Source of the DNA: Ylistrum balloti
Lineage: Eukaryota
Assembly: GCF_031769215.1 (NCBI RefSeq)
Contig: NW_026782259.1
Span: 434,001 to 498,000 of the forward strand
Reading direction: 5' to 3'
Length of the DNA stretch: 64,000 bases
The notes beneath the pieces were generated by a model. That model was not told the origin of the DNA. It was given only the letters and a program-made list of their open reading frames with translations, and did no database searches. Position 1 is the stretch's first letter, and each line of letters opens with the position of its first letter. The position numbers and the translations under genes are program-made. Positions 44,886 through 57,425 of the stretch are shown piece after piece.

Positions 44886-45439
44886 AGCAGATTCTTACTT
44901 TCTCTTTAATGCCCAAATTTTTTACCCTGAGATATCTTTACGATTTCACTTCAGTTTTGAAAACTTGTTTGATTGAAGAATCATGTCACAAATATTTGTT
45001 TATTTGCATTAATATGGGATTGTTTGCTTCTCATTATAGTCAGAATTTTTTACACTTTGATCACTTTGTAATTTATATTTTCATACTTAATATTATATCT
45101 GTTATTATTATGAAAAACAATGTTAATGATATTTAACTTGAGGGATGACATGACACGAGATATCATGTAAAATAACATTTTATGTGTGTGTGTTGATACC
45201 TTTGTCTTTCGAATGGTGGAAGTAACAGTTTGATTTTTATGGATATAATACCAATTCAAACAAGAAGATATTAACTTTTAAGTATAATCTATATGATTAT
45301 ACCGATGGTCAACAAACATGTATTCCATTCCTCAGTTTTCAGGTTGACCAAACCAAATGGGAGTTACGAACAATTTAATTTCAGTTTTTACCTGAGGTAA
45401 GGTAAGCTAACAATCTACTGACTTATCTATATAGAAGGA

Positions 45440-45985
45440 TTTCAGTGAGATACTACACAACATTATTGTAGGGAATTATTGGATTTTGCACCAATTTGGT
45501 CTGAAACATTCTTTGGTGAAGGGGAATCAATTTTGTATAAACTCTGGGTCTTGACTCCCTGGAGTGGCAGAAATGGGGCCCATTAGGGGAAATAGAGCAA
45601 TTCTTAAAAATTCTACTCTTTCTGTAGGAATGTTTGGACTTTGCACATACAACTGTACATGTATTTGATTTGAAGCATCCTTCGATGAAGAGGAATCAGT
45701 TTTGTAGAAACGTTGGGTTTCGGCTCTTTAGGACCGGAGGGGTAAGGCCTAATGGGTGAACAGAGCAAATTCTAGAAAAGTCTTCTCCAGTAGGAATATC
45801 ATGATGTTGCCCTGATTTGGCCCAAAGCATTTTTTAGCTGAAAAAGAAATAAACTTTGTGTAAATGGTGAATCTCAGCACCCTAGGGCAGGAGGGATGGG
45901 GCAAATTCTTCAAAATTATTGTTCTTTTGTAGGAATGTCAGGGTTCTGTCCCAGTTTGGTGTAAGGCATGCTTGATTTCTGTGTT
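45440..45985. mobile_element. Degenerate HINE-type internal repeats (3-4 units of ~135-170 bp)
   Basis: Recurrent GCAAATTCT...GTAGGAAT...TTTGG...AAGCAT...GGGGAATCA blocks. Confidence 0.5.
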
Positions 45986-47395
45986 GGCTGCCTCGGAATG
46001 TTTCATAATGTATGTCACCACAGTCTTATTTCCATCTTTTTCAATTTGTGATCACACCAGGGGAAAACGAAACGTGTACTATATATAACATATTGTATTG
46101 TTTTTGTGGTGCATAGTTTTTATGTCCTGTTGGGTTCATTATGTGTTTTACTTTATTATCATCATTCCCCAATGTAAACCAATTGTACTAGGTAAACAAC
46201 ACCTTTTTATATCAGTCATACCAGCAAAAACACCAATTCGTTTACAAGTTATCTTGTCAAGTCTGATTAAGATGAGATGATTTTGTGGCTTATGAACACA
46301 AATACTGACTGTTGTATAAAAGTAGATGTTTATATTTTATGCTGTTGTTGATTACATGGACTTGTGCAATTTGGAAAGATGCATGCTGATTTCCAATCTA
46401 TGGAAACTTACACCATATTTTCTCTTTTTTGATTTTTTTTTAACAAACTATTAATTCATCATCATATTTATCAAAAAGTTCTGAGAAAGGTAGCACCAAA
46501 GAGGCTAAGAATCAAATTCTGCTTACTGGGTGATGTTCCTTCTGGTCAGACATTTTATGAAAGTCACTTTGATATTTTAATGAGCCTTATAAAGAAAAGG
46601 GTGTATATCATTAGAAAACTATTGCCATGAAAGTAAAACTTTGATATATAGGAAAATGTAAGCTAAAACAATATTATCATTTGATTTCTAGTAATCTTAA
46701 GATCCCACGCTGAAAATAAATACTGGAATGTTTATCACTCCTAGGGATTGATTATATACAACATGTGTGATGTGTAACACTGTGTTTCACTTTGATTTCT
46801 AGAATTAATGTTCACTTCATCATTTCTTTCTCAAAAGTTACTATTGGTTGATGACAGATGAAGTGGGTATTAAGTATTTGAAATGAATTAATTGATTTTA
46901 TTTAATGAAATAATAATGTTTCAATAAAGCCAGTTTAGAACTATCTTAATACATTTGATATGCTAGTAAAAGTTTCAAAGTCCATACAATAATACAAAAT
47001 AACATTAGTATAAAGGAACAAACTGGAGCTTATATATATATGTATGTAGACATTTAGATACACAAGATATTAGGAGATTCAATAAATATGTTCACAACAT
47101 TTTGTAGACATTAAAATCAGGTATAAAGTGATCGACGTCAATGAAGAAAAGCGGGTGATTAGTAAAGTATCGTTATTGCCTAGGTAACACCATTTTTCAT
47201 GATAGCATTGTACAACCTCACTGGGTGTTTTCCTAATATCAAATATGCAATTTAATTAATCCTTTTTTTTGTTATATTTTGTATTGTATTTTGCACATTT
47301 TGAATAGAACGTTGAGAACATTTTCTTGTAACTGTGTATATTAAATTATGATCTGATCTTCTTGTTATTAGTGAGTTTTTCCAAGTTTTTGATAC

Positions 47396-48440
47396 CACAA
47401 TACATTGATGTCTTTTTAGACACATGGTCCATTAAAGCTTATACCACAATACATTGATGTCTTTTTAGACACATGGTCCATTCAAGCTTATACCACAATA
47501 CATTGATGTCTTTTTAGACACAAGCTTATACCACAATACATTGATGTCTTTTTAGACACATGGTCCATTCAAGCTTATACCACAATACATTGATGTCTTT
47601 TTAGACACATGGTCCATTCAAGCTTATACCACAATACATTGATGTCTTTTTCAAGCTTATACCACAATACAAAGACACAGTCCATTCAAGCTTATACCAC
47701 AATACATTGATGTCTTTTTAGACACATGGTCCATTCAAGCTTATACCACAATACATTGATGTCTTTTTAGACACATGGTCCATTCAAGCTTATACCACAA
47801 TACATTGATGTCTTTTTAGACACATGGTCCATTCAAGCTTATACCACAATACATTGATGTCTTTTTAGACACATGGTCCATTCAAGCTTATACCACAATA
47901 CATTGATGTCTTTTTAGACACATGGTCCATTCAAGCTTATACCACAATACATTGATGTCTTTTTAGACACATGGTCCATTCAAGCTTATACCACAATACA
48001 TTGATGTCTTTTTAGACAAAGAGTCCATTCAAGCTTATACCACAATACATTGATGTCTTTTTAGACACATGGTCCATTCAAGCTTATACAACAATACATT
48101 GATGTCTTTTTAGACACATGGTCCATTCAAGCTTATACCACAATACATTGATGTCTTTTTAGACAAAAAGTCCATTCAAGCTTATACCACAATACATTGA
48201 TGTCTTTTTAGACACATGGTCCATTCAAGCTTATACCACAATACATTGATGTCTTTTTAGACAAAAAGTCCATTCAAGCTTATACAACAATACATCAATG
48301 TCTTTTTAGACAAAGAGTCCATTAAAGCTTATACCACAATACATTGATGTCTTTTTAGACACATGGTCCATTCAAGCTTATACCACAATACATTGATGTC
48401 TTTTTAGACACATGGTCCATTCAAGCTTATACCACAATCT
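47396..48440. repeat. 49-bp minisatellite, about 21 copies with internal deletions
   Basis: TTATACCACAATACATTGATGTCTTTTTAGACACATGGTCCATTCAAGC. Confidence 0.95.
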
Positions 48441-51203
48441 CTCCGTTTGAAATGTCAAGGTCAAAAACATTATGTTAACACTTCCTGTAATAAAGTCTGA
48501 CCATGGATTAAATATAAACTGATATACATTGTTGGTTGCAGTGATAGAGAAATGTAAACATGTGTTTCAGTAAAATGACATTTTACACATATTTAAACCC
48601 CTTTAGCTTTATTCGTCTGTCCTCAACCCATGGTGTGCTGTTTAGGTAAAGGGCCTTTTATAAGAGAAAGTGTCTCCAGCTCACTTGAATGTACCTCGCA
48701 TATATGTGATCTTACCTTGGATCTGAATCAGAATTCACTACCATACCATTCAGTATCAGCATTAGTTTTGTAAGATTCTGTCCCAAGTTTTGATCATTGT
48801 GTAACAGGTGTCATTATTTATTCCAATGCCACCGCTAGGATTAAAACTATGAATTGCGGTTGGACTATAATGATATTGATAAACATTATTTGACACAATA
48901 TGTTACAAAAGAAAATCAATAGATAAATGAAAATACAAACAAATAAATACCTTGATACATCTTGGCCCTTCAGCTTACAAGATCCTAACCCAAAAGCAGC
49001 CTTGTCAAGATGAAAGCTAGGTTAAGAGCTGTCAATGATAGTCCTGATTGTGCTGTTTTATCAATAGGACATCTAATTTTCAGAGTTTTTCCCTATTGGA
49101 CATGAAGTCAGGTCACTTAGTCTTTAATTACGTGCATGCATATTTTTGCTGTAGCCAAGGTCTTACAATTGCAGCCTTTGAGAAGAAGTTCTTTATTCAA
49201 GGGTGTGGTCAGAAAGAGAAATGGACACTACAGTAGCTTCTTGAAATGATTTCTATGTTTTAATTAGCAGTGAGAAATCCGCTTTGAAAAAATTGCCGGC
49301 GGTCATGAAGTTCTGTCAGCTGGAACTTTTGTTTGTCTGCTAATTTTCTTGTCAGGAAGGGTATTCTGCAGGGAAAGGCCCACAAAGAATTGCGGCGGGG
49401 GAGTACTTTTCTGGAAGGTTTTGTGTTGATCTATAGTAACGAAAAGATTGAGAATTATTGTTTAAAAAGGATAGTGATTTTACTACAATCTTTCTTCTTA
49501 ATCACGAAGGCAAAGTCCACTTTAATACAAAATTGTTAATTTAAATATGCTTTTATGCTATGGAATGTGAGCTGCTAGTGCTCAACAGCTTTTCACTTCT
49601 TGAAGCTGAAGATGGGGTTTGGTCTACTGAAAGTATATTTAGAGATGAAAGAGGAACACATAGACAAAGAATGATCAAAGATACGTAGTGTAGTCTTGAT
49701 TAAACTTTACAATTTCCCATATTTCGTTGGTATTTTAACATTGTCGTGCTTTTTCACTATTTTAGATTTGGCCTTAGATTTATGAAGAAAGGACGCGAGT
49801 TTCTCCCTGAAAAAATGTTGACGTGTTGACTAAATCTTAATTCAAGCACAAAATTGACAAATTGAGTACATATATGATGATTAAAAATACACGGAGACAT
49901 TTGAGAAAAAACACACGGGGAATAAGACCAAGTGTTTCATAACGCCAAGCGTCTTCTGCATCATTGCAAACTCCCGCCATGTAAATGTTGGTCCGTTACA
50001 CACCCACAGCTTAATACAATAGCATAACGATTATTGTGACCTCAATATCTGACATGACTTTAACCATTGAATTCACAAAAGTCAATATATCTTTTCTCCA
50101 TACACAGGTCTTCGGGATTATAATTTACTACTGAGTACAAGGATTGCCTGGATAGAAGGCATCCTAACTTTAACTGTGGCTATATCGTTTGTGAGTTATA
50201 TTAAAGGTGTATGGCACACAAGGACCTCTGAGGAGCTAATACTATTACCCGCAGGTAAACCTGTTATCGGGAAGTTCATGCTTAAAACAGAATAGGAGAG
50301 TGATGACTGTGATATGTTTACTTTTGCCTACTCTTTTTTACTACCAGAACAGGAACAACTACAAAACTCTAGCCATTTGAGCAAGATTTGTATGATAAAC
50401 AAATGTAGATACATTGTACAGGCTGCAAGACATAGACGCAAATTGTGATCATGTCAGTTCCGGATTCTCAACATATTGTCATGTCGTAAGATTCCGAATG
50501 AATTTTGAACAACGTAGAGACAAAAATCAAGAACTGTATCTAATGAATGATTACGGTTCGGAAAAGCAGCTCCAGGCGTCGTTCTTGACAAACTTTCTGA
50601 TGGTCTTAATTTCATATCTTAAAATTTTGATCTACTCGAATACAAGTTATGGGACCAAATATTTGGTCTTATTCGAGTTTTCAATGTTTGGATATTAGCG
50701 TTTTGTCTGACGATGAAAAATAAGGTTATGTGCTGTATTAAACTCACAGCTGAAGTAGGCAAAATCCTGATGACATGATTGTGCGGTTCATGGTAGCAAA
50801 TTTAACGACAAACCAATAGATGTATCGTATCAAAGATATTTCCGTAATGAAAATTAATAGAAACTTACTTCAATTTCGGTTTCCAAATTTGCAGAAATTG
50901 AAAAAATAAACCCAAAGATTCATTCACGCCAAATTCAGGTCTTACGCCCGATATCTCCTTGACGACGAGACAGGTGAAACCATATTGTGTCTTTGCCTTT
51001 AAGATGGATCTCCGAAGATCTACAGCTGACTTAACGATCTATCCTTGTATATTACTAATTGGCATTGTTATCACCGAAGATAAAAAAAAGTAACATCATA
51101 TTGTACATATTTTTTTTCTTTTGGAAGACATATACAGGCAGATTAATGATATTTTATTGACGAAATTAAAGACACGGGATTGGATTTTTTTACGAAGATA
51201 AAG

Positions 51204-51604
51204 TTAAATGAACGCCAAGTCATTATCTCCCGATGTCTCTAGATCTGTAACCACGGGATCCGCCGTTGCTATGGTCGATGATCCATTCCGACGCTGGTCT
51301 GGTGTTGGTGTGAGTAGAGTGAATCCACGAGGTTCCGGTGTTGGTTCGGACAACACGGAGAGTTGTGATCCCGACAAATCTATGGGTGAAACACACCCGC
51401 TAGCACGTGAGGCATATGGCGGGGGCGGGGACGTGGGTAAGTGTGACTGGTCGGTGTTGTACGCTTCTGAAGGAAGGTGTTGTGACGTTCTTCTGTGACT
51501 AATAGCTCCAGGTATTACCAGTGACGGCCGTTGTTGCCAGGCCCTGGACGGAGAATACACTGGACATGTCCTTACCGCCTGTGAGTAGTCAGGTGGTTTC
51601 GGTT
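51204..51604 (-). CDS. Shisa-like gene exon 3 (Pro-rich cytosolic tail)
   Basis: ccaacag acceptor; PKPPDYSQAV...SPPPPYASR...; TAA at 51204. Confidence 0.85.
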
Positions 51605-54600
51605 CTGTTGGATTCAGAAAGTGAAATCAGAGTTAAAACAGTTAAAACGCTGATATACTCTTAATGATAGATACGGTTGTCGAGATCAAAAGTAGATCTT
51701 AACCTACAGCCCCAACCCTCATACACGCTCTAATCCCTGAAAGAATCCAGCCACTACAGCGACTGAAAGGTTTCTGAAAATAGTAACAATGACCTTGACC
51801 TTCACCCTACATCCATAAATCCTGGACTCTGACTCACATACTTATTATTGATCAGAATTATTCCAAGAATGAAACCATTACAACCTTAGCAAGGAGCTTC
51901 TCAAAATAGTGACGATAACCCACAACTATAATTCTTTCCTTAAAATAGTAACTGTGACCTTGAACTTCACCCTACGACCATAAATCTTGGACTCGTACTC
52001 AACATATCCTTTGTAAATTTTTGTTATTGATCAGAATCTTTCCTGTACTGAAACCACTTGCACGCTAACAAGGAGCTTCTCAAAATAGTGATGATAACCC
52101 ACAACTACAATTCTTTTATTAAAATAGTAACGATGACCTTGACATTGACCATATGGCTGAAACTCCAAGTCACATGAGATATGAGAATTGTTATTGAATG
52201 AATTTTGATGAACTTCCCTCAAGGAGAAGGGCTGTTACATCTTTGATATTGATATTTGGCATTGAGTAAGTCAGTAGACCTACGTCATACGATGATATAC
52301 CTATATCCCCCGCGACTTCTAAACCCGAGGAAATTACCAATGACGTTCCGATACACCACTGAGCAGACGGCCAGGCCAAATGTTGATAGAAGTATGATTG
52401 ATGACATGACACGTGTTACACAATGAATCCTGGCTTAACGACTATGTAAATTACAAACAGGCTTTCTAAAACAATATCAAATTCAGAATATCAAAGCATG
52501 CAGGTTGAACGTTAAAAGGATAAATTATTTAACGTGTCATCCCTTCCACCATTCAGTTCTATAAATGTTTTGTCTAAATCACTCGTATCAACATTTTACT
52601 ACGTTTAGCAATATGGCGTTTTGGTGTACTTACGGAATTGTGGTAGATGGTTCTCGGTGTCCGAGAGTGCGGTCAGTGATGTCTGCTTGCGATTTTTAAC
52701 ACATGTTTTAATGATGATAACGAGACAGATGCCGGTGAGAATAAAGATAGGAAGACCAACAAATACACCAATGAGAATGACGACAAGAAAATTGACGCAA
52801 CACAGGTCCGAGTCTTTTGTCAACCTCTGCATGTTATTGGGGATACAACACCCACCAACCTCACAGTACTGGGTAATCGTTGAACTTTGTGACGTCGCTT
52901 CACAATTCTCCCCACCAATTGCATCTGGAACGAGAGACAAAAGTGCTTTCTAATTGAAAATGTCCAATTTTTATATTTCTTATGGTAACATAGAATGTAG
53001 TGACAATTTTTACACAGTATGACTTTCTGTACGAGTTTGGTCTAGTGTTAAACATAAAGTGTTTTTACTAAGCATTTCCCGTAATTGTTCAACTACACCG
53101 GGTAATCAGGTGGTGAACTGTCAATGGCGGAGGTTGGCTGTTACTTTGTGGGTAGTGATATATCAGCCCCTGAGACTGGCCCCAAACTTCCAGCTGGTGT
53201 GTTCTATCGGTCCCTAAAGTTGGCTGTTACGTTGTAGGTGGTAGAGCTAACCTGTAGTCTTGAATCTAATGTAATGCTGAAGTTTACCAAAACATAACAG
53301 CTCACCCTCAGGATGGTCTTGAAGTTATCCCTGATGATGTAGTTGATGGAATATTTCAGAAGGGTTATCAGTCCCTGATATTGGTTGGTACCTTTCAGCA
53401 GGGTTATCAGTCCCTGAAGTTGGTGGAATATTTCAGAAGGGTTATCAGTCCCTGATGTTGACCGCAACCTTGTCTGCGGCGTGCCTCTCTGACAAGACTT
53501 TCCTAAAATACCACTTTAGGAACAGATGCAGTGTCAACTGTAAATTCGTTCTGTTATAGGTGGAAAGCGCCCAGTTTTGCTTTATTCACACAATCTTTAG
53601 AAACAATATGATTCCTAGACAGAAGAATTCACCAGTAAATCCAGTGAAAAATGTTACCACTCGACTCTGATGTTTTTGAATAATTTTACAATGATTCCTC
53701 ATAAAACGATTATTTAAAGTAATTTGATTGGTTAAAATCAACATCGGTCAGATGTCGCATCAATTGATAATTTATTTACAAGTTACTGGTATGTCTCTGA
53801 ATGAATTCCGATTTATTACGGTGGGGGCAAATATTCAGATATTGAATACAAAACTTCACGTAACTGGTATTGCGAATTCGAAATAAATCTCAATATCATC
53901 TCGAGTAGCTTCTGATAACACAAATATCACATTTCCGTCAATGAAATGTGGAGACATGAGTGTATTGGATGTCATTTTACATCCAGATCGCAAAACCTTA
54001 ATTTGTTAAAATAGAATTCGATCGTTTTAAAAGGAAATGGGGGGAAATTTGACCCGTGAAAATAATCAGTTGTACAATAATCTCATCACAGATAGCTTCT
54101 CACACAACAAAGATGGTCTTACGATCTGAAAATACCGTTAAGTCGCTTATTTTCGAGAGAATGATATTTTCGCTATTTCACGGTACATTTACATAAACGC
54201 TAAAACTTAATCCGTGAAAAAGTGTGACACATGTGTGTATTAGATGCCATTTTACAGCCAGATCGCGAAAATCTTAATTTGTTACAGTTTTATTTCCAAG
54301 TTTTTAAGAAAATCGCGAAAAAATTGAACGCGTGAAAATGAACAGATCTACGATAATCTCATCTCAGGTAGCTTCTGACACAACAAAGATGGTCTTACAA
54401 TCAGAAAATAACTTCATTTGGAGTAGCATCTGACAACACAAAGATGGTATTGAGTTTTTTTAGATGGGAATACGATCAACAACAACGGATACAACAGGTA
54501 TATTAATGAGCATCTCAAACTTCATATAAAAAAAAATATTTCCCAACCAGATCACTGTAACGACCGTAAAACATCCAAACCATTTTCATCAACCTGCATA

Positions 54601-55404
54601 GATCGCTCTACTGAGTCTGTCTATCAGTTGGTGTCATCGAGCAGGAAAACCACGATATTGAGAACAGGACTTTGAATATCGAATGAACTGATACGGTTTC
54701 CACCTAAAACAATCATTATGACCTCAAGAGTATTACTTCTTAGTGTTTAACTAGTAATTGCTTCGTCCTTAGTTCATAAAGTTATTCATACATAGAGACA
54801 TGTTCAAGCATTTTTACCACGAAACCAGATTAAACGGAACGAAATCTTAGAAGGGCACTGTGGATTTCAAATTTCAGTAACGAGATATTGTGGTCAATCA
54901 TTTGGATTCCTTTGTCTCCGGTTCCAAAGGGGAAACACGTGATTACACACCGTAATGACGTCATTGTAAATGCTTTCCTTTCATCTGGTTCTGGAGGAGA
55001 GGACTTTGACAACTAATAAGAGATCACTATGGATTAGACTAGTAGCGTGTAGTGTCAGAACTAATGAGTTCTCTTCAGAATACAAACGTAATACATACAG
55101 GATATATCAAGAGCGTGAAAATAAAGTTTGCTTTGATTTTGTAGACATTGTTTGGAAATGAAAGATATAAATATTGTAATTTTTACTATGTTTATGGATT
55201 TTTTTTGTATTGAAATGATTGCGATATTTGTAACCTCAAAGTATATAATTTGAAATATTACTGATCAAATCGTCTTAGACATGCTAACAGAACATACACT
55301 AAAACAGCAGAAAAAAACAAATGAAGATTATAAAATATAATATAAATAGACTTACCATGTATAAAATTCGACAGTAAAACAACATAAAGTAAAATATTCT
55401 CCAT
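51204..55404 (-). CDS. Single-pass membrane protein with 6-Cys ectodomain and PPxY motifs (Shisa-like / WBP1-VOPP1-TMEM92-CYYR1 type), 246 aa
   Basis: Exons 55404-55356 (MENILLYVVLLSNFIH signal peptide, phase-1 gtaagt), 52924-52634 (C-x12-C-x4-CC-x14-CC, then TM FLVVILIGVFVGLPIFILTGICLVIII and basic stop-transfer), 51604-51204 (PPDY, PPPPY). All phases match; 741 nt. Confidence 0.85.
51680..52230. mobile_element. HINE-type relic with three ~166-180-bp repeats in the Shisa-like intron
   Basis: AAAATAGTAAC..TGACCTTGA at about 51778, 51944 and 52124. Confidence 0.6.
52634..52924 (-). CDS. Shisa-like gene exon 2 (Cys domain and TM)
   Basis: ttccag / gtaagt; phase 1->1. Confidence 0.9.
53900..54450. 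repeat. Two-copy ~275-bp diverged duplication (possible MITE relic)
   Basis: TTTTACA.CCAGATCGC at 53975 and 54250; GCTTCT..CACAACAAAGATGGTCTTAC occurs in both copies. Confidence 0.7.
55356..55404 (-). CDS. Shisa-like gene first coding exon (signal peptide)
   Basis: ATG, hydrophobic run and catg|gtaagt donor in phase with exon 2. Confidence 0.72.
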
Positions 55405-56449
55405 ACGATAGTATTCACAAGTCAAATCTATGTTGTTCACACTAACAGCAACGTATATATAAAGCTTAGTGTATATGTTCTAACGCTATACATTGAATCT
55501 CTACTGCAATACAAGATATCAAAATTCTCACTAATCCCCGTCTGCACTAAACAAGGTTGTATACAAGCTGTTTTGAATGGGGTGTAAGGTTGACTGACCC
55601 TATGACGTAAAAAATCCCGGTCTCAGTAGAGAAATATAACAGATTTGATTAACATAACTCGTAAATCCCGGACAGGGTTTTAATTCTGTAATAGGTTCGT
55701 ACCAGAATGTATTCAATAGATATCTGATACATATGAAAATTCACTACTCTGTCATTGTGTACTGTAGTGTAATTCCATTATAAACTCAGAAATGGAAAAA
55801 CAACTTAAACATACACATCAATCAACTTCTGTATCATACTCCTTCACATCTCGGACGAGTCCTAGAGGGACGTAACAACTGTAGGATGTGGTTTAATTCA
55901 TTGTTTGACTCTATCTTATGTCGCTATTTACGGTCTCTTTTTCAGTCTTTAAAGATGTCAGTATTAACTTTATGAAGCATATGTATATAATTACATGTGT
56001 TTACTGTTTGTAAATAATATGTGATGCCTGATCCTATCTGGATCGTAGATATGCATGTTTACCTCTAATTATCTAATGTATCTAAATGTATACAGAATAT
56101 CACTTTAAGGTACACCCACGTCAAGTAGCATGTGTCTGGTCATTGTATAATGGTATATATACAGCTTATTCATTCATTTCGCGGACTTAATGCCCCGGCT
56201 TCCGGGCTTCCAACATATGTGAAAATGCACCGAGAAAAGTGATTCACTTGAGAATGGGAAAAATGAATGTATATAGCTACATACAGGTATCACATCATAG
56301 TATTGAACATCAAGTGATTCATTATTATAGATGATTTCAGTTAGGGAAAGCTCGCTGGATTAAAGAACATGTTTGAATAGAAATTGGCTGTTTATTTTAT
56401 TCATCGACTATTGAAATTTGCCTTCAAATATGAACATATTCCAAACCAA

Positions 56450-57425
56450 ATATTTGGTCCTAGGTCCAAGGTGGGTATGAAAACGCCCACTCCACAGATA
56501 TCTTTTGTCCTTGGTGGGTATAAGAGCGCCAATTCCACAGATATCTTTGGTCCTAGGTTAGGTATAAAAACGCCAACCCTATTTATATCTTTGGTCCTAG
56601 GTTAGGTATAAAAACGCCAACCCTATTTATATCTTTGGTCCTAGGTTAGGTATAAAAACGCCAACCCTATTTATATCTTTGGTCCTAGGTTAGGTATAAA
56701 AACGCCAACCCTATTTATATCTTTGGTCCTAGGTTAGGTATAAAAACGCCAACCCTATTTATATCTTTGGTCCTAGGTTAGGTATAAAAACGCCAACCCT
56801 ATTTATATCTTTGGTCCTAGGTTAGGTATAAAAACGCCAACCCTATTTATATCTTTGGTCCTAGGTTAGGTATAAAAACGCCAACCCTATTTATATCTTT
56901 GGTCCTAGGTTAGGTATAAAAACGCCAGCCCTAATTATATCTTTGGTCCTAGGTTAGGTATAAAAACGCCAACCCTATTTATATCTTTGGGTTAGGTATA
57001 AAAACGCCAACCCTATTTATATCTTTGGTCCTCCTAGGTAGGTATAGTCCTAGGTATAAAAACGCCTATTTAACCCTATTTATATCTTAGGTCCTAGGTT
57101 AGGTATAAAAACGCCAACCCTATATTATATCTAGGTTAGGTATAAAAACGCCAACCCTATTTATATCTTTGGTCCTAGGTTAGGTATAAAAACGCCAACC
57201 CTATTTATATCTTTGGTCCTAGGTTAGGTATAAAAACGCCAACCCTATTTATATCTTTGGTCATAGGTTAGGTATAAAAACGCCAACCCTATTTATATCT
57301 TCGGTCCTAGGTTAGGTATAAAAACGCCAACCCTATTTATATCTTTGGTCATAGGTTAGGTATAAAAACGCCAACCCTATTTATATCTTCGGTCCTAGGT
57401 TAGGTATAAGAAAGCCCACCCCACA
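56450..57425. repeat. 44-bp minisatellite, about 20 copies, with a scrambled segment at 56985-57135
   Basis: ATATCTTTGGTCCTAGGTTAGGTATAAAAACGCCAACCCTATTT. Confidence 0.95.

Noticed and set aside
51208-52953. Plus-strand ORFs of 96 and 110 aa
   Set aside because: Antisense shadows of the Shisa-like exons.
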